The notes below the pieces were generated by a model that was not told the origin of the DNA, searched no databases, and saw nothing but the letters and a program-made list of their open reading frames with translations. From NCBI RefSeq assembly GCF_036321535.1, contig NC_087436.1, positions 90,150,001 to 90,214,000 of the forward strand: a stretch of 64,000 nucleotides of DNA. The letters run 5' to 3'. The stretch is from Camelus dromedarius. Lineage: Eukaryota. The position numbers and the translations under genes are program-made. Shown piece after piece: positions 38,716 to 52,080 of the stretch (within the stretch, counting starts at the first letter, position 1; each line of letters begins with the position of its first letter).

Positions 38716-38859
38716 ACATGAGTAAGAAGGCGGCTCTGCAACTAGTTGGCACATGAGTAAGAAGGCGGCTCTGCAACTGGTTGGCACATGAGTAAGAAGG
38801 CGGCTCTGCAACTGGTTGGCACATGAGTAAGAAGGCGGCTCTGCAACTGGTTGGCACAT
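38716..38859. repeat. Minisatellite: 4 x 35 bp (ACATGAGTAAGAAGGCGGCTCTGCAACTGGTTGGC) plus ACAT
   Basis: Units start at 38716, 38751, 38786 and 38821. The only difference is A instead of G at 38744 in unit 1. Confidence 0.97.
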
Positions 38860-39399
38860 TTTTGATGTGTTGCTGAGTCCTACTCTAGTCCTGGGACAGG
38901 CACTAAAAATAAATGAACCATGCTCTGAATTTCCAGTCATCAAGGTCTATGTTAGCATATATTATTTTAAGTTACATCTTCATAGAATGCTTGTCCATTG
39001 TCTTTATTAAGGTTGAATCTTAATATGCTCCTTTATTGCTTAATAATACAGATCAGTAGTTTTCAAATTGGGCTCAGAGGAGAACCAAGGATTTCACGGA
39101 ATCTCCCTCAAGGACTTGCCTGATGAAAATTGCAAAGGTGAGGAAAGCAGCTCTTAAAAACAAACAAAAATCTGTCTTATATGGTGGATTTCTACATAAG
39201 AGCACCACAGAAGAACACTGAAGGGGAATCTAATATAATTGTGTGGGGTTCTAGGAAATCTTTCTAAATGAAATAAAATTTAAATAGATAGTGAAATTTT
39301 TATAAGCAACAAGATTTCCTTTTACTATTTAGTTTCATGGCTTGAAGAGGTGGGAAAATTTCAGCAATGCACCATATTAATAATGTAAACCATACCCTT

Positions 39400-39545
39400 T
39401 CTTTATGATCTAATTCTCTGCCTACTCTGGGACTCGGGGCAAATTACATAAGCCCTCACTCTCAACTTGTGTCTGCCAATATGGGTTTTGGACCAAACTG
39501 TTATCTGTGAGTTGGTATTTACAGTATTAAAATTCTATGATTCAT
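39400..39545 (+). mobile_element. MIR3/MIRc-like fragment
   Basis: ggggcaaattacataagcc...ttggaccaaac...attaaaattctatgattc 3' end. Confidence 0.4.
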
Positions 39546-40414
39546 TGTGTCCAGAAGAGGCAAAGTAATAGGCCACGTGATTCTGCATTCAGGTTAACTC
39601 AGTAGAAGTTACATTTAAATAAAAAATGAGAAATGGTTTCAGACCATGGGAAGTATTACACTGGGAAATTTTCAGGCTTTCAATAATTTAAATGTATTTT
39701 ATTTAATATAGCAACCACCTCTTGGGTTTTAGGCAACGAAACAGATGTGATGCCTCCTGTAAATCACAGGGAAATTTTCCATGCAAAAGGATTGACTTGA
39801 AGCCTGAAGGCAATTTCCTGACTGAGAAATATAACAGTCCATGTACTCTTAAGAGTATTTGCATAACTTAACTTACGTAAAGGAATTCTGATTCATATGT
39901 GCCTCTGGGTAACAAATACATGACAAATAAGTAATTGAATATTCTAAAAAGCAGTATTCAAAAAAGAGTCTTGTCTGTCATTGATGTGGGGATCACTATT
40001 CATAATTGATAGCGTGTATACTCTCTTCTTTGCAGAGTATAATTTAGAAAAATATTTCACTCTACAGACTTCAAATATAGTTCTAAGAAGTGAGAACATC
40101 TCACAACATCTGTAAAGAAATGTCTACAAATATAACAGCTTGAATCAATGACATCAAAGAAAACAAAACTGTTTCTGTAAATACCTTTGTAGGTTTTCTT
40201 TTTTTTTTTTTTTTGACATAGGCTTTGAAACAAAATCATCACAGGCCTGCTTCACACTGGATATATTAATTTCAATGGATAAATTAATTTCCTGGTGTCA
40301 CATAATATACCAGAAAATGTAGTCACTGCTATTTACCCTCTGGATCCAGGGAATCTTTTTTTCCAAATAACTTATAGAAAAAAAAAATAAAGTGATAGTG
40401 AAAAAGAACTTTAT

Positions 40415-41130
40415 CAAAAAAAAATGTAGTCAAATATTTTCATTTTGAGATAATTGTAGATTCATTTGAAGTTGTAAGAAATAATGGAAAGATCTTATAG
40501 AAGATTTACTCATTTTCCCCAATAATAACATCTTGCAAAAAGATGATAAAATATTACAAATAGAGTATTGGCATTTATACAGTCAAGATACAGAAATTTT
40601 CCATCACCACAGGTTGCCGTAATATAGCCACACTGGTCCCCTTTAACCCCTACGCCCTCCTTAATCCCTGTCATCTGTTCTTTAGTTCTAGTCTGTTTTC
40701 TATAATTTTACCATTTCACTAATGTCATATCAATGGACTAATGTAGTATCAAACCTTTTGGTATTGGCTTTTTTTCATTCAGCAAAATTTTCTGGAGATT
40801 CATCTAGGCTATGCATGTATCCACAGGTTGTTCCTTGTTATTGTAGGTAATATTCCATCGTGTGGATGTACCAAAGTTTAGCCATTCACCTGTTGAAGGA
40901 CATCTAATTTGGGGCTATTATAAATAAAGTTGACAAAACATTTGTGTATATATTTGTATGTGTGTGTGTGTTTTAACATAATTTTCATCTCTCTGGAATA
41001 AAAACCTAGGAGTGCAACTGATGACTCCTATGAAAATTGCATGCTTTGCTTTTTTAAGAAGAAAATTCCAAAATATTTTCAAGAGCAGCTGTACCATTTT
41101 ACATTCCCATCAGCAATGCATGAGTGATCT
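40415..41130 (-). mobile_element. L1MC1/2-like 3' fragment
   Basis: ttttgagataattgtagattca...gttgtaagaaataat...acagtcaagatacagaa...gctgtaccattttacattcccatcagcaatgcatgag. Confidence 0.85.
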
Positions 41131-41134
41131 AGCT

Positions 41135-42938
41135 ATACAAACATAAAACCTCACATTAAATAATGTAAAACAAATAACCCAAAACATCATATCAGACTTA
41201 CAGAAAAATTACAAGTCATGCAAAAAAAGCAAGAAAAAAAAATCAGTGTGAAGAAAAAAAGCCAATACAACAGAAGGGAAAAAAAAAATGACAAATTTTG
41301 GAATTACTAGATAGGAAAATTTAAATATCTATGTTAGCATCTTAATATGTTAAGGGCACTAATGGAAAACATGTAGATAAGAGATAAATAGTATAAACAG
41401 AGAAATAGAAACTGAGAAAGAGCCAAGGGAGATTCTACAAACAAAAATAATTTTAATACAATTAGAAAGTTCCTTTGTTGGGCTCATCAGTAGACTGGTT
41501 GTGGCTGGAGAAAGAATCAGTAAGCTTGAAAGCCTACAGAAACTTCCCAAACAGAAATGCATATGTAAAATTAAAAATAAAAACAAAGAACAACAAGAAA
41601 AACACAGAACAGAACATCTGAGACCTGTGAATGATTTTGAAACGTGTAAAGTACGTATAATTGGTATATCAGATGAGAAGAAAAAACAAAGTTGAAGAAA
41701 TAGTTGAAATAATAATGGCCAAGAATTTTCAAAATTAGTAACACATACCAAACCAGAGACCCAGGAAATTCATAGACAACCAGGCAGGATAAATAATAAC
41801 AACAAAAACTATACCTAGCCATATCCTGTTCAAACTTCAAAAAATAAAGACAAAGAAAAAAGATTTAGGGAAGATAAAGGGAAAATAAATCTATAGAGGA
41901 CCAATGGAAAGAATTAAAATGGACTCTTATTTAGAAACCATGGAAGCAAGAAGAGTATGGAATGAAATATTTGAAGTGTCAAAAGAAAAAAAAATCCACT
42001 ATAGTGTTCTGTATCTTATGAAATCATCCTTCAAAAGGGAAGGAGAAATATAAACTTTCTCAAAACTGAGAGAATTTATTCTCAGTAGATTTGCCATGGA
42101 AGAAATGTCAAAATTATTCAGGAAGTAGGAAAATGATATTGTTCAAAATCTTTAATCTACATAAAGAAAGGAAGGTTTTCAAAAGAATAAATAAAGGAGG
42201 TCTATACACCTAGGACAGTATGAACAATGTTGTGAAGCAATCTGACTATATTATTAATGTGAATGAAACAGCCTTACTGAAGGAGACGGGAGGAAAAGTT
42301 GCTGACGTAAGTAACTTCGGAAATGAATGGTGTTTATAAGAATAAAGGCAAAAGAAAATGTACATAAATACTATACCCTACTTGATGAAATTGTTTCCCA
42401 TAGGGTTACAAGTTAACAATTTTGATATTTCTATATCCTGTATCCTGTATCAGGATATACTGTAATGAAATAATTATGTAAATGAATGGCAGGCGGCAGA
42501 GGCAGGTGTTAGAGTGAGAGGTTACAAATAAGCAAAGAGTCCAGAATAATCCATGTGGTAATTAATTCAAGTTTGGAACATCAGGATGAATCCAATTTTA
42601 GTTTAATATAGATACACAGGGCTACATTCAGCTGGTTACATTTATACATACGTATGTATACACAGGCTTTATACACATACATATTTTCTTGCTACATCAG
42701 CTGAGAGGTCCAGGAGCAATGGTACACCAGGAACAGCAAGCACATCTAGCACACAGTTCTTGGCTTCTAATACCATTATCAATTAAAAGCAGCTCCATGG
42801 AAAAATGGTTGATTATTAATGGAGCAGAAAAACAGACAATATAAGTCTGGGACACCTCATAGTGTTTGAGAGTAAAGAAATACTCAAAAACATTTAATCA
42901 CATCGACCAAAAATTTCACAATTGGTGTATGTCAAAAA

Positions 42939-42970
<32 letters not shown>

Positions 42971-43585
42971 ACAAAAAACAAGGGTTTACTGAAAGACCCT
43001 CCCTCAACAGAGTTTAGAGAAATTTGAACATGATAAATAAATTAATATTGGATTATGACCTAGAATACAGAAGAAATATCCAAGTCCATACTGCTATAAA
43101 TAAATGATTGAATAACTAAATAAGTAGTGTAGAAAACACAAGGCTGTGCAGAAGAATTCCAAGAAATTTATGTAGATATTCCACCCCCAAAGAAGAATAG
43201 CATAACTCCCTACTCATTAAGTGTTGGTTGCACATTGTGAGTTCTCTGCAAATCATAGAGTACAAAAGTAGGGATAAAAAGAGTTACTTTCTAATAGGGG
43301 ATCTTGAGAATCAATTTCTCAGCCAGATGAGCAAGGTTAACATCAACAGTGGAAAATCCTACTGACTGTATGTATTCTTGATACAATGTGACGTAAGTGA
43401 CACTTTAACTCTTTGATCTTCCTCCCCAAAACCTATAATGGCAGTGTAATCATGAGAAAAAAAAAATCACTAAATCCAGTGGAGGGACATTCTATGAAAT
43501 ACCTTACCTGTACTTTTCAAAACTGCTAAGGTTATCAAAAACCATGAAAGTCTGAGAAACTGTCTTAGCCAAGAGAAGCCTCAGA
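41135..43585 (+). mobile_element. L1MC/MD-like sequence: ORF1 region (to about 42195) joined to long 3'UTR sequence, ORF2 absent
   Basis: ORF1 remnants (aataatggccaagaattttcaaaatt, gaaaccatggaagcaagaag, atccttcaaaagggaaggagaaata) are followed by 3'UTR motifs (atcatgagaaaa...gagggacattcta...gaaagtctgagaaactgtc). Confidence 0.7.
42941..42968. repeat. (AAGC)7 microsatellite inside L1
   Basis: Directly visible. Confidence 0.95.
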
Positions 43586-43589
43586 TCTA

Positions 43590-44650
43590 TAGCAACCATA
43601 AATCTTGCTGGGATTTTGACAGCAATTGTATTAAACTTAAACATCAGTTTGAAGGGAATTGATATCTTTATTTTGATGCGTCTTCCAACCCATAAATACG
43701 GTATGTATCCACATTTATTTAGGTCTTCTGAGATTTCTTTCTTTAGCATTTTGTAGTTTTCAGCATACAAATCCCACACCTGATTGAGTACATATACATT
43801 TAGGCATAACATTTTTTTGGCAAATGTAATGACATAGATCCTTAAATTTTGGTGTCCATGTTTTTATTGCTAAATTACTGAAATACAATTGATTTTTGTT
43901 TATTTATCTTGTATCATATGGCCTTAATGAAATAACTTATTTATCTATAAATATACAAATAGGTTTTTTTCCTTTCAAATTTAAATGCCTTTTACTTCCT
44001 TTTTACTCCCTACATTTAACTGGTTACAACTTCCAGAACTTTGTTCAGTAAGAGTGGTTAGATCAGACATTCTTGCCTTGTTGCCAATAGTAGTGGAAAA
44101 ATACTCAGCTTTTCACATTAAATATGATGTTACCTGTATGCTTTTGGTAGATATTCTTTATCATGTTGAGGAAATTCCCCCTCTTTTTTGATTCTTCCTG
44201 AGAATTTTTGTTATGAATAGATGTTGAATTTTGCTGATGCTTCTCTGCATCAATTGATATAATCATCTAATCTTTCTTCTTTAGCCTGTCCATATGATGG
44301 ATTACACTGATGGATTTTCAAAACTCAAAACTGCCTAGTATAGGATGGTGACTATAGTTAAAATACTGTATTGCATATCTGGAAGTTGCTGAGAGAGTAG
44401 ATCTTAAAGGTTCTCATCAGACACACAAAAAAATGTATAACTATGTGGTGATGGATGTTAACTAGACTTACTGTGGTCAGCATTTTGCAATGTATAAAAA
44501 TATCAAGTCATCATTTTGTACAACTGAAACTAATATAATGTTATTTGTTAACTTTACCTCAAAAAAATTGGACCTGCCTTGCATCCTTGGAATAAGTCCC
44601 ACTAGGTCATGATGTGCAATTCTTTCTACATATTGCAGAATTCTGCTTGG
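43590..44650 (-). mobile_element. L1 ORF2 (RT region) fragment with a nested plus-strand L1 3' end at about 44340-44567
   Basis: ORF 43504-43812 contains DLYAENYKMLKKEISEDLNK (L1 ORF2). The nested piece atggtgactatagttaa...actttacctcaaaaaaa is flanked by a duplicated host segment ending ctgcct. Confidence 0.85.
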
Positions 44651-47600
44651 AGAAGATTCAAAATCTATGCTATTAATACTATCACTCTCTTACATTTAGT
44701 TCGTATCTAAAATATTACAGTAATATTTTACACTATTTCACTTTGCAACCTACAACCACATTTTCCTTTGATAAGATTAGTATTGGTTATCAGCTTTTCT
44801 AGAAAGATTTTCTTAAGGACATTGTAACAGACGTTGTCTGTCAAATTACACCTCTTTTAATCAATTGTTTCATATTGAATTAATATAAGTTGGGTGGCTT
44901 CTTAAACGTCTTTGGAATGCTGATAGGACTTTTTTCAGAAAAATTATTAGAACAAAATTATTTTAGATTATAAAATTCATATATGTAAATTCATATGTAT
45001 ATATAACTCAATGTAGACTTGAATGCACTAGCTCCTAGCCCTGCTTTAAAATCTCTATAGCATTACTTTTAGAGGATTTCATCTATTTTTATGGTTCAGA
45101 CTAACACAAAAACTTCTTTTGAAACTTGGAACTTTTTAATATACACTTTGTGGCCATGTCTTTTATTGTAACAGAGGAGAGCTGCATTATTATTTATTTG
45201 AAAATCCATATTAATGCTCCTCCGAAGCCAACAGAAGGCTGCACGGCATGTTTTCTTGCGGCAATGCTAGTGCTCTCTGCCCCTTTATAGCTATCATTTT
45301 CACCTTTCTGGTGTTAGGATAGAAAAGTCACATACTTTCAGGTGCCTTTTACTCATAGTCTAAGTCCTGGAAACAAGAGATCATATTAAAATCTAATTTC
45401 ACCTAACATTTTTTTTTTGCCTTTGGCCCAGTCAGTAGAGTCAGGGATTTTAAAACGTTTGTTGGTGAGATTTCCAGTTACATTCTGGGTCTAGAGCATT
45501 ACCGGGGACCTCAGTTACTTCATTGACAAGAACTTCACTCCTAGGGTTGGTGTATCCTACTTCTTGCTGCTGGCTGAGGTCTGGTTCTGGATGAATCAAT
45601 TGCAGAAGATTCCCTATTTCTGAGGTTCAAACTTAGTAATTCCATAGCTATGAACAAATTTTTAAGCTTGGACAAAGATTTTTCTCTATGATTGCTATCA
45701 AAATGGCCATTTTTTTTCTTTGAATTGGAAATAAGTGAGATTTAGAGGGACCAGCAGCTCAATATGGTGGTAGGGAAGCTTCTGCACGCAGCAGCCAGAT
45801 TGGCATTGTACCATGCCTGACCTCCAGGATGAGATGTCAGTAAGGCTCTGCTACCTCTTCTCTGTCTGCTCAATTTAATATCTCTGAGCTTACCCTGCAT
45901 ATTGGAATTTCTCCCAGGTCAAATTTTAGACATATTCTTTCAGCCACCCCTATTACATCTAATCCCAGACTAAAACTCAATATAATCCAAGTCCTAGGCT
46001 ACTTCAAGGAGAATCGAACCTCAGTTATAAAATGTCATTTAATTAAAGGTTAGGCTTCTTTACTTTCACAGTCACTCTACCTGGCTTAATTAAAAGGAAA
46101 CCAAATAAAGCCCATCATACTTCTACTCCCATGTGATTTAATCCAAGTGGTTCGGCTGACCAACCTGTATTGGATCACATCTATATTTCTAGCAGATCGA
46201 GCAATTTTAGTTTGCAATACTGCAAGTTTCAATACCGCAAATTTCAATGCATTTATTTTTTTTTTTACCCTTTATAGTGACTGTCAATAATTTGCATATT
46301 TTAGGTCTTAGAGTGACTTCAAGACACTATCTGGCTCAGAACTTCAGGCACGTAATATCCTAATAGTACTCAATAATAGAAATTCTTGTTGGTGAATAAT
46401 TTTAGAGCTCTTCTTACTTCTAGACTCTCTTCTCTTACCAAATGTCTGGACCTCTGACCATTGCTGTTGTTGGTATTATGTCATTCCTAAAGGGTACCTG
46501 TAGAATCATCTGATGGGTATGACTGCCTCAGTCACATATGGGTGACTTCAAATGGGAGAGTGTTGGATTGCAGAACCTCAAGATATTTCCTCTGAAGTGG
46601 AAAATATACTCCCTACTTACTAAGTGATTAATTTTGTTTAAAAGAAAGACAGTTCAAAAGCAGAGGAAAAAATGTGTCTTTGTCTGTGTAGCTGTCCCTC
46701 ACTTAATGTCACTCTTTCTGGATGATGACTTTTCTCTGTTGTCACTATGTCCTAGAGCTCTAGGAAATGATTGATTTTTTCCCCTCACATGACCTCTTTA
46801 TTTTCTTGTTTCAGGATATTCAACTTTACTGTCTTTGACAGACTGCTACATATTTTGTTGCATAAATTAAGCCATATATTTTTTAACTGATTCATATGGG
46901 GTAAGTACTACCAAGATAATGTTCAAAAATGGTAGCTTGCATATAGTAGACACTCCAGAAAGGGGGTAAATGAGTAAATGTCCCAATGGCCAATGACTTC
47001 AATAGCAAATCTAAAATACCAATCATTCTAGATATAGATAGATATGTGTTGGAATAGATATTTTGAGACTGAGGATTCCCTCATGCCTTTCAAATCCATT
47101 TACTACCAATTCACAAAGTTAAAGCATGTTTGTTTAGGTTAGTGCTTTATAATCTTGATAATTATTACTGAATTAATATAATTATAATAAAACACTGGTA
47201 ATAGCTAAAGTGAATTGAGTGAGTGCTAGGCATTATGTCAATTAGGCATTATTGGATTTGATACTTATGAAAGCCTCAAGAATCTAAGAATCTTTCCTGA
47301 TGCTTATTTGGGGTAGATCACACCCTTGTATAAAAACAGGACAGATTGACATTATTTTTACCAGACTTTGCTTCCCAAACTATTTCAACTTCTATCCTGG
47401 AGGCTAGGTTTTTCTACATCTAGTTTAGGTAAGAGTATGCATATGTACAAAACGATGCTTGTTTTGCATTCTATGCCAGCTTAGTTTTCTTTAGTCACCT
47501 TCTTATTTTTGGGTTGGATGGGGTGAGGTGAGGATGATTATTTATTGCTACTGAAGAAGCCAAGTCCTAAGAGAGTGGCTGTTGTCTACAAAAGGGAGGG

Positions 47601-48139
47601 GCACATCTCAAATACAAGGGAGCCTCAGTTAGATTTTTTATAGAAATATGAAAAAAGCATAAAGATTAAACAAGGATTAAAAGAAGACAAGACAACAATC
47701 AGTGTGAGAAATGCAAAGACACTTGACCCCATTTCTCTTCTGTCTCAGGGTACGAGGGAAAGGGAGCTCTTATGAACTTCCCAGATTTTCCATATACCCA
47801 TAACAATACCAAACGTCTGGGATTCTCTTTGGGAACTCAGAAGTTTATCTGATTTGATATCAGGCTTAGATAGTGCGTGTCAACGTTTTTCGAGATGTAG
47901 TGTACATACTAGCTCATGTCTTTTTTCACCAATCTCCAACTCTCTGGTCGTTACCAATAAAATTCTAGAAAATATCTCAGTATGGACAGAGTGGATACTA
48001 ACTCTGCCTCTCCATGTTAGCAGCATATAACTGTTATGACCTTCTTTGCTCTACAGTCCGGTGGGATATACTACATCATCTATAAAATTCAGGGCTTGTC
48101 AAGTCTTCACCAATCAATTTGGGAGATGCAAATCATAAA

Positions 48140-48300
48140 ATCATTGACTGCTAGAGCTGTGAGAACATTAGAGTCAATCTACTCAATGTCATTTATTTTA
48201 CAAAGGCAGAAATAGTTCAAGAATGGTAAAATGACTTTTGTCATTTCAAGAATGCAGTTAGTGTCAGTTTCATTGATAACATACCTCTTGTTTCAAATTT
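48140..48300 (-). mobile_element. MIR3-like fragment
   Basis: tagagctgtgagaacattagagtcaatctactcaa...attttacaaaggcagaaa...aaatgactt. Confidence 0.45.
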
Positions 48301-50644
48301 TGTATGGGTGAGGACATATTTTATTTTGTACCCCTCAAATAAAATTTTGATTTTTTAAAATTGATATAGTATAGCAGTTCACATTCTATTTATGGAGGTT
48401 TAAAATCTTTTAATTTACCACTGTATTCTATATGGATATAATTATCCATATTATGCTGTAATAGTTAACATTAAACAATATTTTTATTTCTATTGGTTTC
48501 CTTGCAATGAACAGTTTGCTTCCTGTCACTAAGTAAACAGATTTTTTTTGCATAAAATACAACATTGCTGTCATAGTAAACCACTAAATAGAAATCTTTA
48601 AAGGCTGCCAACATCTTGAGACTAAGCAGTTTGGTCTAATCAAAATTAATCCAAAATTATTCTTAGCATGTACAAATGCAATATTTTAGAAATACGCTTC
48701 TGCTGGTAAGGACTTGTTTATATTACTCAAAATCAACAAAATATCTTAACATGTGCTCATATTACATACTTTATATTTTTATAATCCCAACTTACTGTAA
48801 ATTTAATTAAAATCATTTTAACATTACAGCAATAATTATGGTTAAAAACGAAAGGATGATTTAAAAATCAAGTAAATTTCCATTCTGAATGGTTTTAATG
48901 TTACCATTTATTTAAAAAAAATAAAATTCAATAATATGATTTACTTTTTATTTCCCTGGCTCAAGTTTTCTTAAAAATAAAATATTGAATATTGGAGATA
49001 TCCAGATATTGGAGAGCAGACTATCTTAGGCCAATAGCAAGGAATCTTTTTTCCTAATTATGACTCAATTAAAAAAATGAAATTTATAGTTTATAAGAAA
49101 CTCTAAATTGTTATTACAAATATTTATAAGTCACTAAAGTGTTCACTTCTTTGCTATTTTTGTGAAGTAGCAACATGTAACAGCTGACTAACCCTTTAAT
49201 TTCAAGTAAGATCCAAGGTATATCATGAAATGAACTGGCCTCTTTAAGATGTATCTCATTTACTCACTGGCTTAGAGGTTTATTAGAGTGTCTGGTTATC
49301 TGAATGGATCCTTTTAAGGAGGCAGAATGCCTTCCTTTTCAGGGATCTAATATGGTAGCCCAGTGTCTGTGGGTCCCCAGAAGTACTTTAAATTGTTTCA
49401 GGGGCCAAACAAATCCCTGCTATGCTGGATCCCCAATTATAACATGGCCACTGCCCAGAGCCCCTGGGGATAAGAAAGACTGTGGGCTGCATTTGTGAAA
49501 GGCTTGAGAAAAACAGTTATCATTTTTGGTTTTTTGGTTGTTTGTAGGTTAGGATGTAGTAAAACATATATTTTTTTTCCAAACTCAGGAGAATCTGGAG
49601 CCTAATCATAAAATTAACCATTTTGGAAATCAGGAACACTGAATCTCAGTTGATTTGTATTTTGATACATTTAATCTCAACTTTGGATTGAAGTTTTCAG
49701 TTTACACGTCCGGCTCTTGGGGTGACTACAGATTTTATTTGTATTTTTTTCTTACAGCCTTTGCCACATTCAGCACTGGATCAGTATTAGGAAATATTCC
49801 TTTCTGTCCTGTCTGCAATATAATGTTTTAGAGACAATGAAATAATTTATTCATTTCAACATGCTTGCATAGTATAATGTTCTATCCGTATCAGTCATTT
49901 TGTTTGTGTTGTAAAAATAGGGCAATTGCATAACTTATTTGCGGTGCATCAATAATTTTCTCAACATAGCTTTTCTAATTGAGGTGAGAGAGGGTGTGTG
50001 CAGGTGAGTGTATGTGCATATGTTTTGATACTATTGTTTTTATCCTTTAATGATTATTATAGTGAAACCATAATAACTAAGTGGAGTGAGCAAATAAATT
50101 CAGCATTTAAAAACTGCTATGAGAGTTATAGAATATTTGTTAAAATGTGTATTCAATGACATTGTACATGCACAAACCATTTAAGAAAAAAACAGATTCT
50201 GTTCCCTAAACAACAGACCTAGTATTAGAACATGAGATAACTCAAAATAACACAGACCACTTCCACGTCCCTTCTCTTGAGTCTTTTTATAAAACTTAGT
50301 CTGTGTGATTTTCCTCCCAAATAATCATTGCTTCTGAGCTGCTAGTGAACATTTTAAGAAGCCCTAGAAAATGCCTTAAAATAAGGAAATAATTTTTCTT
50401 TAATTATTGTAGCATTTAGGTACTTGCAGGTTTAAGAACAAAAATAAAAGAAATAGACTTGGTTGCTTAGTAACTCTCTGCCGCTCCCTCGCTGCCCTGG
50501 AAACCCCACTTTTGCTCTCTCAGAGAATGTTGCTAAAGTCCTGCCTCTTCATCTGTGGTGCTCTTCTCCAGGGTCTCTCTTTCTGGCATAACTCTTCCTT
50601 TCCCTTTGCCTGCACCAGCTCACAATATAAACTGCAGGGCTCAG

Positions 50645-50860
50645 AGTGGCAACTCAAGAAAATTTACTCTAATCAGACAGACTGTCTCTTAGTTACTAGC
50701 TACATAACATTGGGCATGCTAACAAATGCTTCTGAGCCTCCATCTTCTCCACTGTAAAATAAAGATTAAAGAAATAAACTTACGTAATGGTAAGCTGCAT
50801 GTAAAGCTTGGGGCAGAATGTTTGGTACATAATTAAATGCAATAAAAGACAGCTATAGTG
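50645..50860 (+). mobile_element. MIR SINE
   Basis: ttactagctacataacattgggcatgc...tctgagcctccatcttctccactgtaaaat...catgtaaagctt...tttggtacataat. Confidence 0.75.
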
Positions 50861-51931
50861 ATGGTGATAATGATCTATGCACAGAAAGAAGACGCCCCCT
50901 AGCAAGTCACAGCACGTGAAATCTTGGCATTAATGCCTGTATGAAGGATTACACTGAGAAAAATAAATTACTGAAGAAAGATTAAGATAAAAATCATTCT
51001 AGACTGATTTTAGACCACAGTTTTCTTTCCCATTCTGAAAAAGAAAAGATATTAAACAATGCTACCATGTTATCAGAGATAAGGAGCTAAGCAGGCTTTA
51101 AATTAGGTTATTCCAATTATGGGAACAGTGCACTAGGGTGAAGACATTTTATCTTTACCTAAGAGCTAAGGACCCTTTCCATTTAATGCCAAGCTATACC
51201 ACCTTTACCTGTTCTACAATGTAGCCTGTGAATCTACTGCTTTAAAAGGATACGTGTTAAAATAGTCCTTGCCTTAATAATGTCAAAATTACAGAAATTT
51301 AGGGGGTGGATAATGTGTTTGCATAGGAGGATGTCTTGAAGGAAAGAATAAGAAAAAATACCTTCAAATATTTTACAATTAACAAAAATAAGAGAATTTT
51401 ATGCTATAAATTGAGTTCTGTCTTTTAGTGAGCAATTCATTATATTAATACAGCTTTCATATACTTACACAGCAAACTTGTTAAAATCAAAATGCACTTT
51501 GAGTGAGTACTAATGGTGAGAGAAAAAGAAAAAGAAAGAAGGAAAAAAGAAAAAAAAAAGATAATATGGCCAAAAACTAGCATCAGTATTTTGCTCTCTG
51601 AAAATAGTTTCTATTTTTCCCTTATATTAGGTTTTGAAGTCTGTTTCCATAGAAACCATTTCATCAAGCAAGAGCTTGAATCTTTTTTTTTTTTAAACAT
51701 AAAAATGGGCTTGACCATCTCTTTTCCTATAGAGGTATAAACAATCTAAAATAGCATACAAACAATTCTAAATGTAAGTGGATGTTTACAAGGTAGCCCC
51801 AGTGGTAAGCAACCAGAAAAGTTCATGAAACTGTTCTGTATATGGTTTGGCTGTATAATTCTTAGATCAGAGGCTGCCATGATTTTCTTTCTTTCCTTCC
51901 TCCTTCCCTCTGTCCCTCATTCCCTTCTTCC

Positions 51932-52080
51932 CTGTATTTGTTTCTTGCAGCTATGGTAATAAATTACTATAAACTTGAGGGCTTAAAATAGAACAAATTA
52001 TTTTCTCTTGTAGTTCTAGAAGACAGAAGTCCTAGAACAGTTTCACTGATCTAAGTCAAGGTGAGGGCAGGGCTGGTCCT
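51932..52080 (-). mobile_element. MLT1 LTR 3' fragment (D/E-like)
   Basis: aaattactataaacttgagggcttaaaa...gttctagaagacagaagtcc...gtcaaggtgagggcagggctg. Confidence 0.75.

Noticed and set aside
38716..38859. CRISPR-like array (35-bp repeats)
   Set aside because: Units are head-to-tail with no unique spacers, there are no cas genes, and the context is mammalian; it is a minisatellite.
38596..38943. Repetitive-peptide ORFs (115 aa and 64 aa, minus strand)
   Set aside because: Produced by the 35-bp unit cycling through frames; no other coding evidence.
40036..40116. Possible coding exon after tctttgcag
   Set aside because: Short frame (YNLEKYFTLQ...) with a weak donor and no recognisable protein match.
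46210..46250. About 15-bp imperfect tandem duplication (caatactgcaagttt / caataccgcaaattt)
   Set aside because: Ordinary short slippage duplication with no sign of function.
50890..50906. CTCF-like site cgccccctagcaa
   Set aside because: Lacks the conserved TGG end of the core motif; the match is too partial to call.
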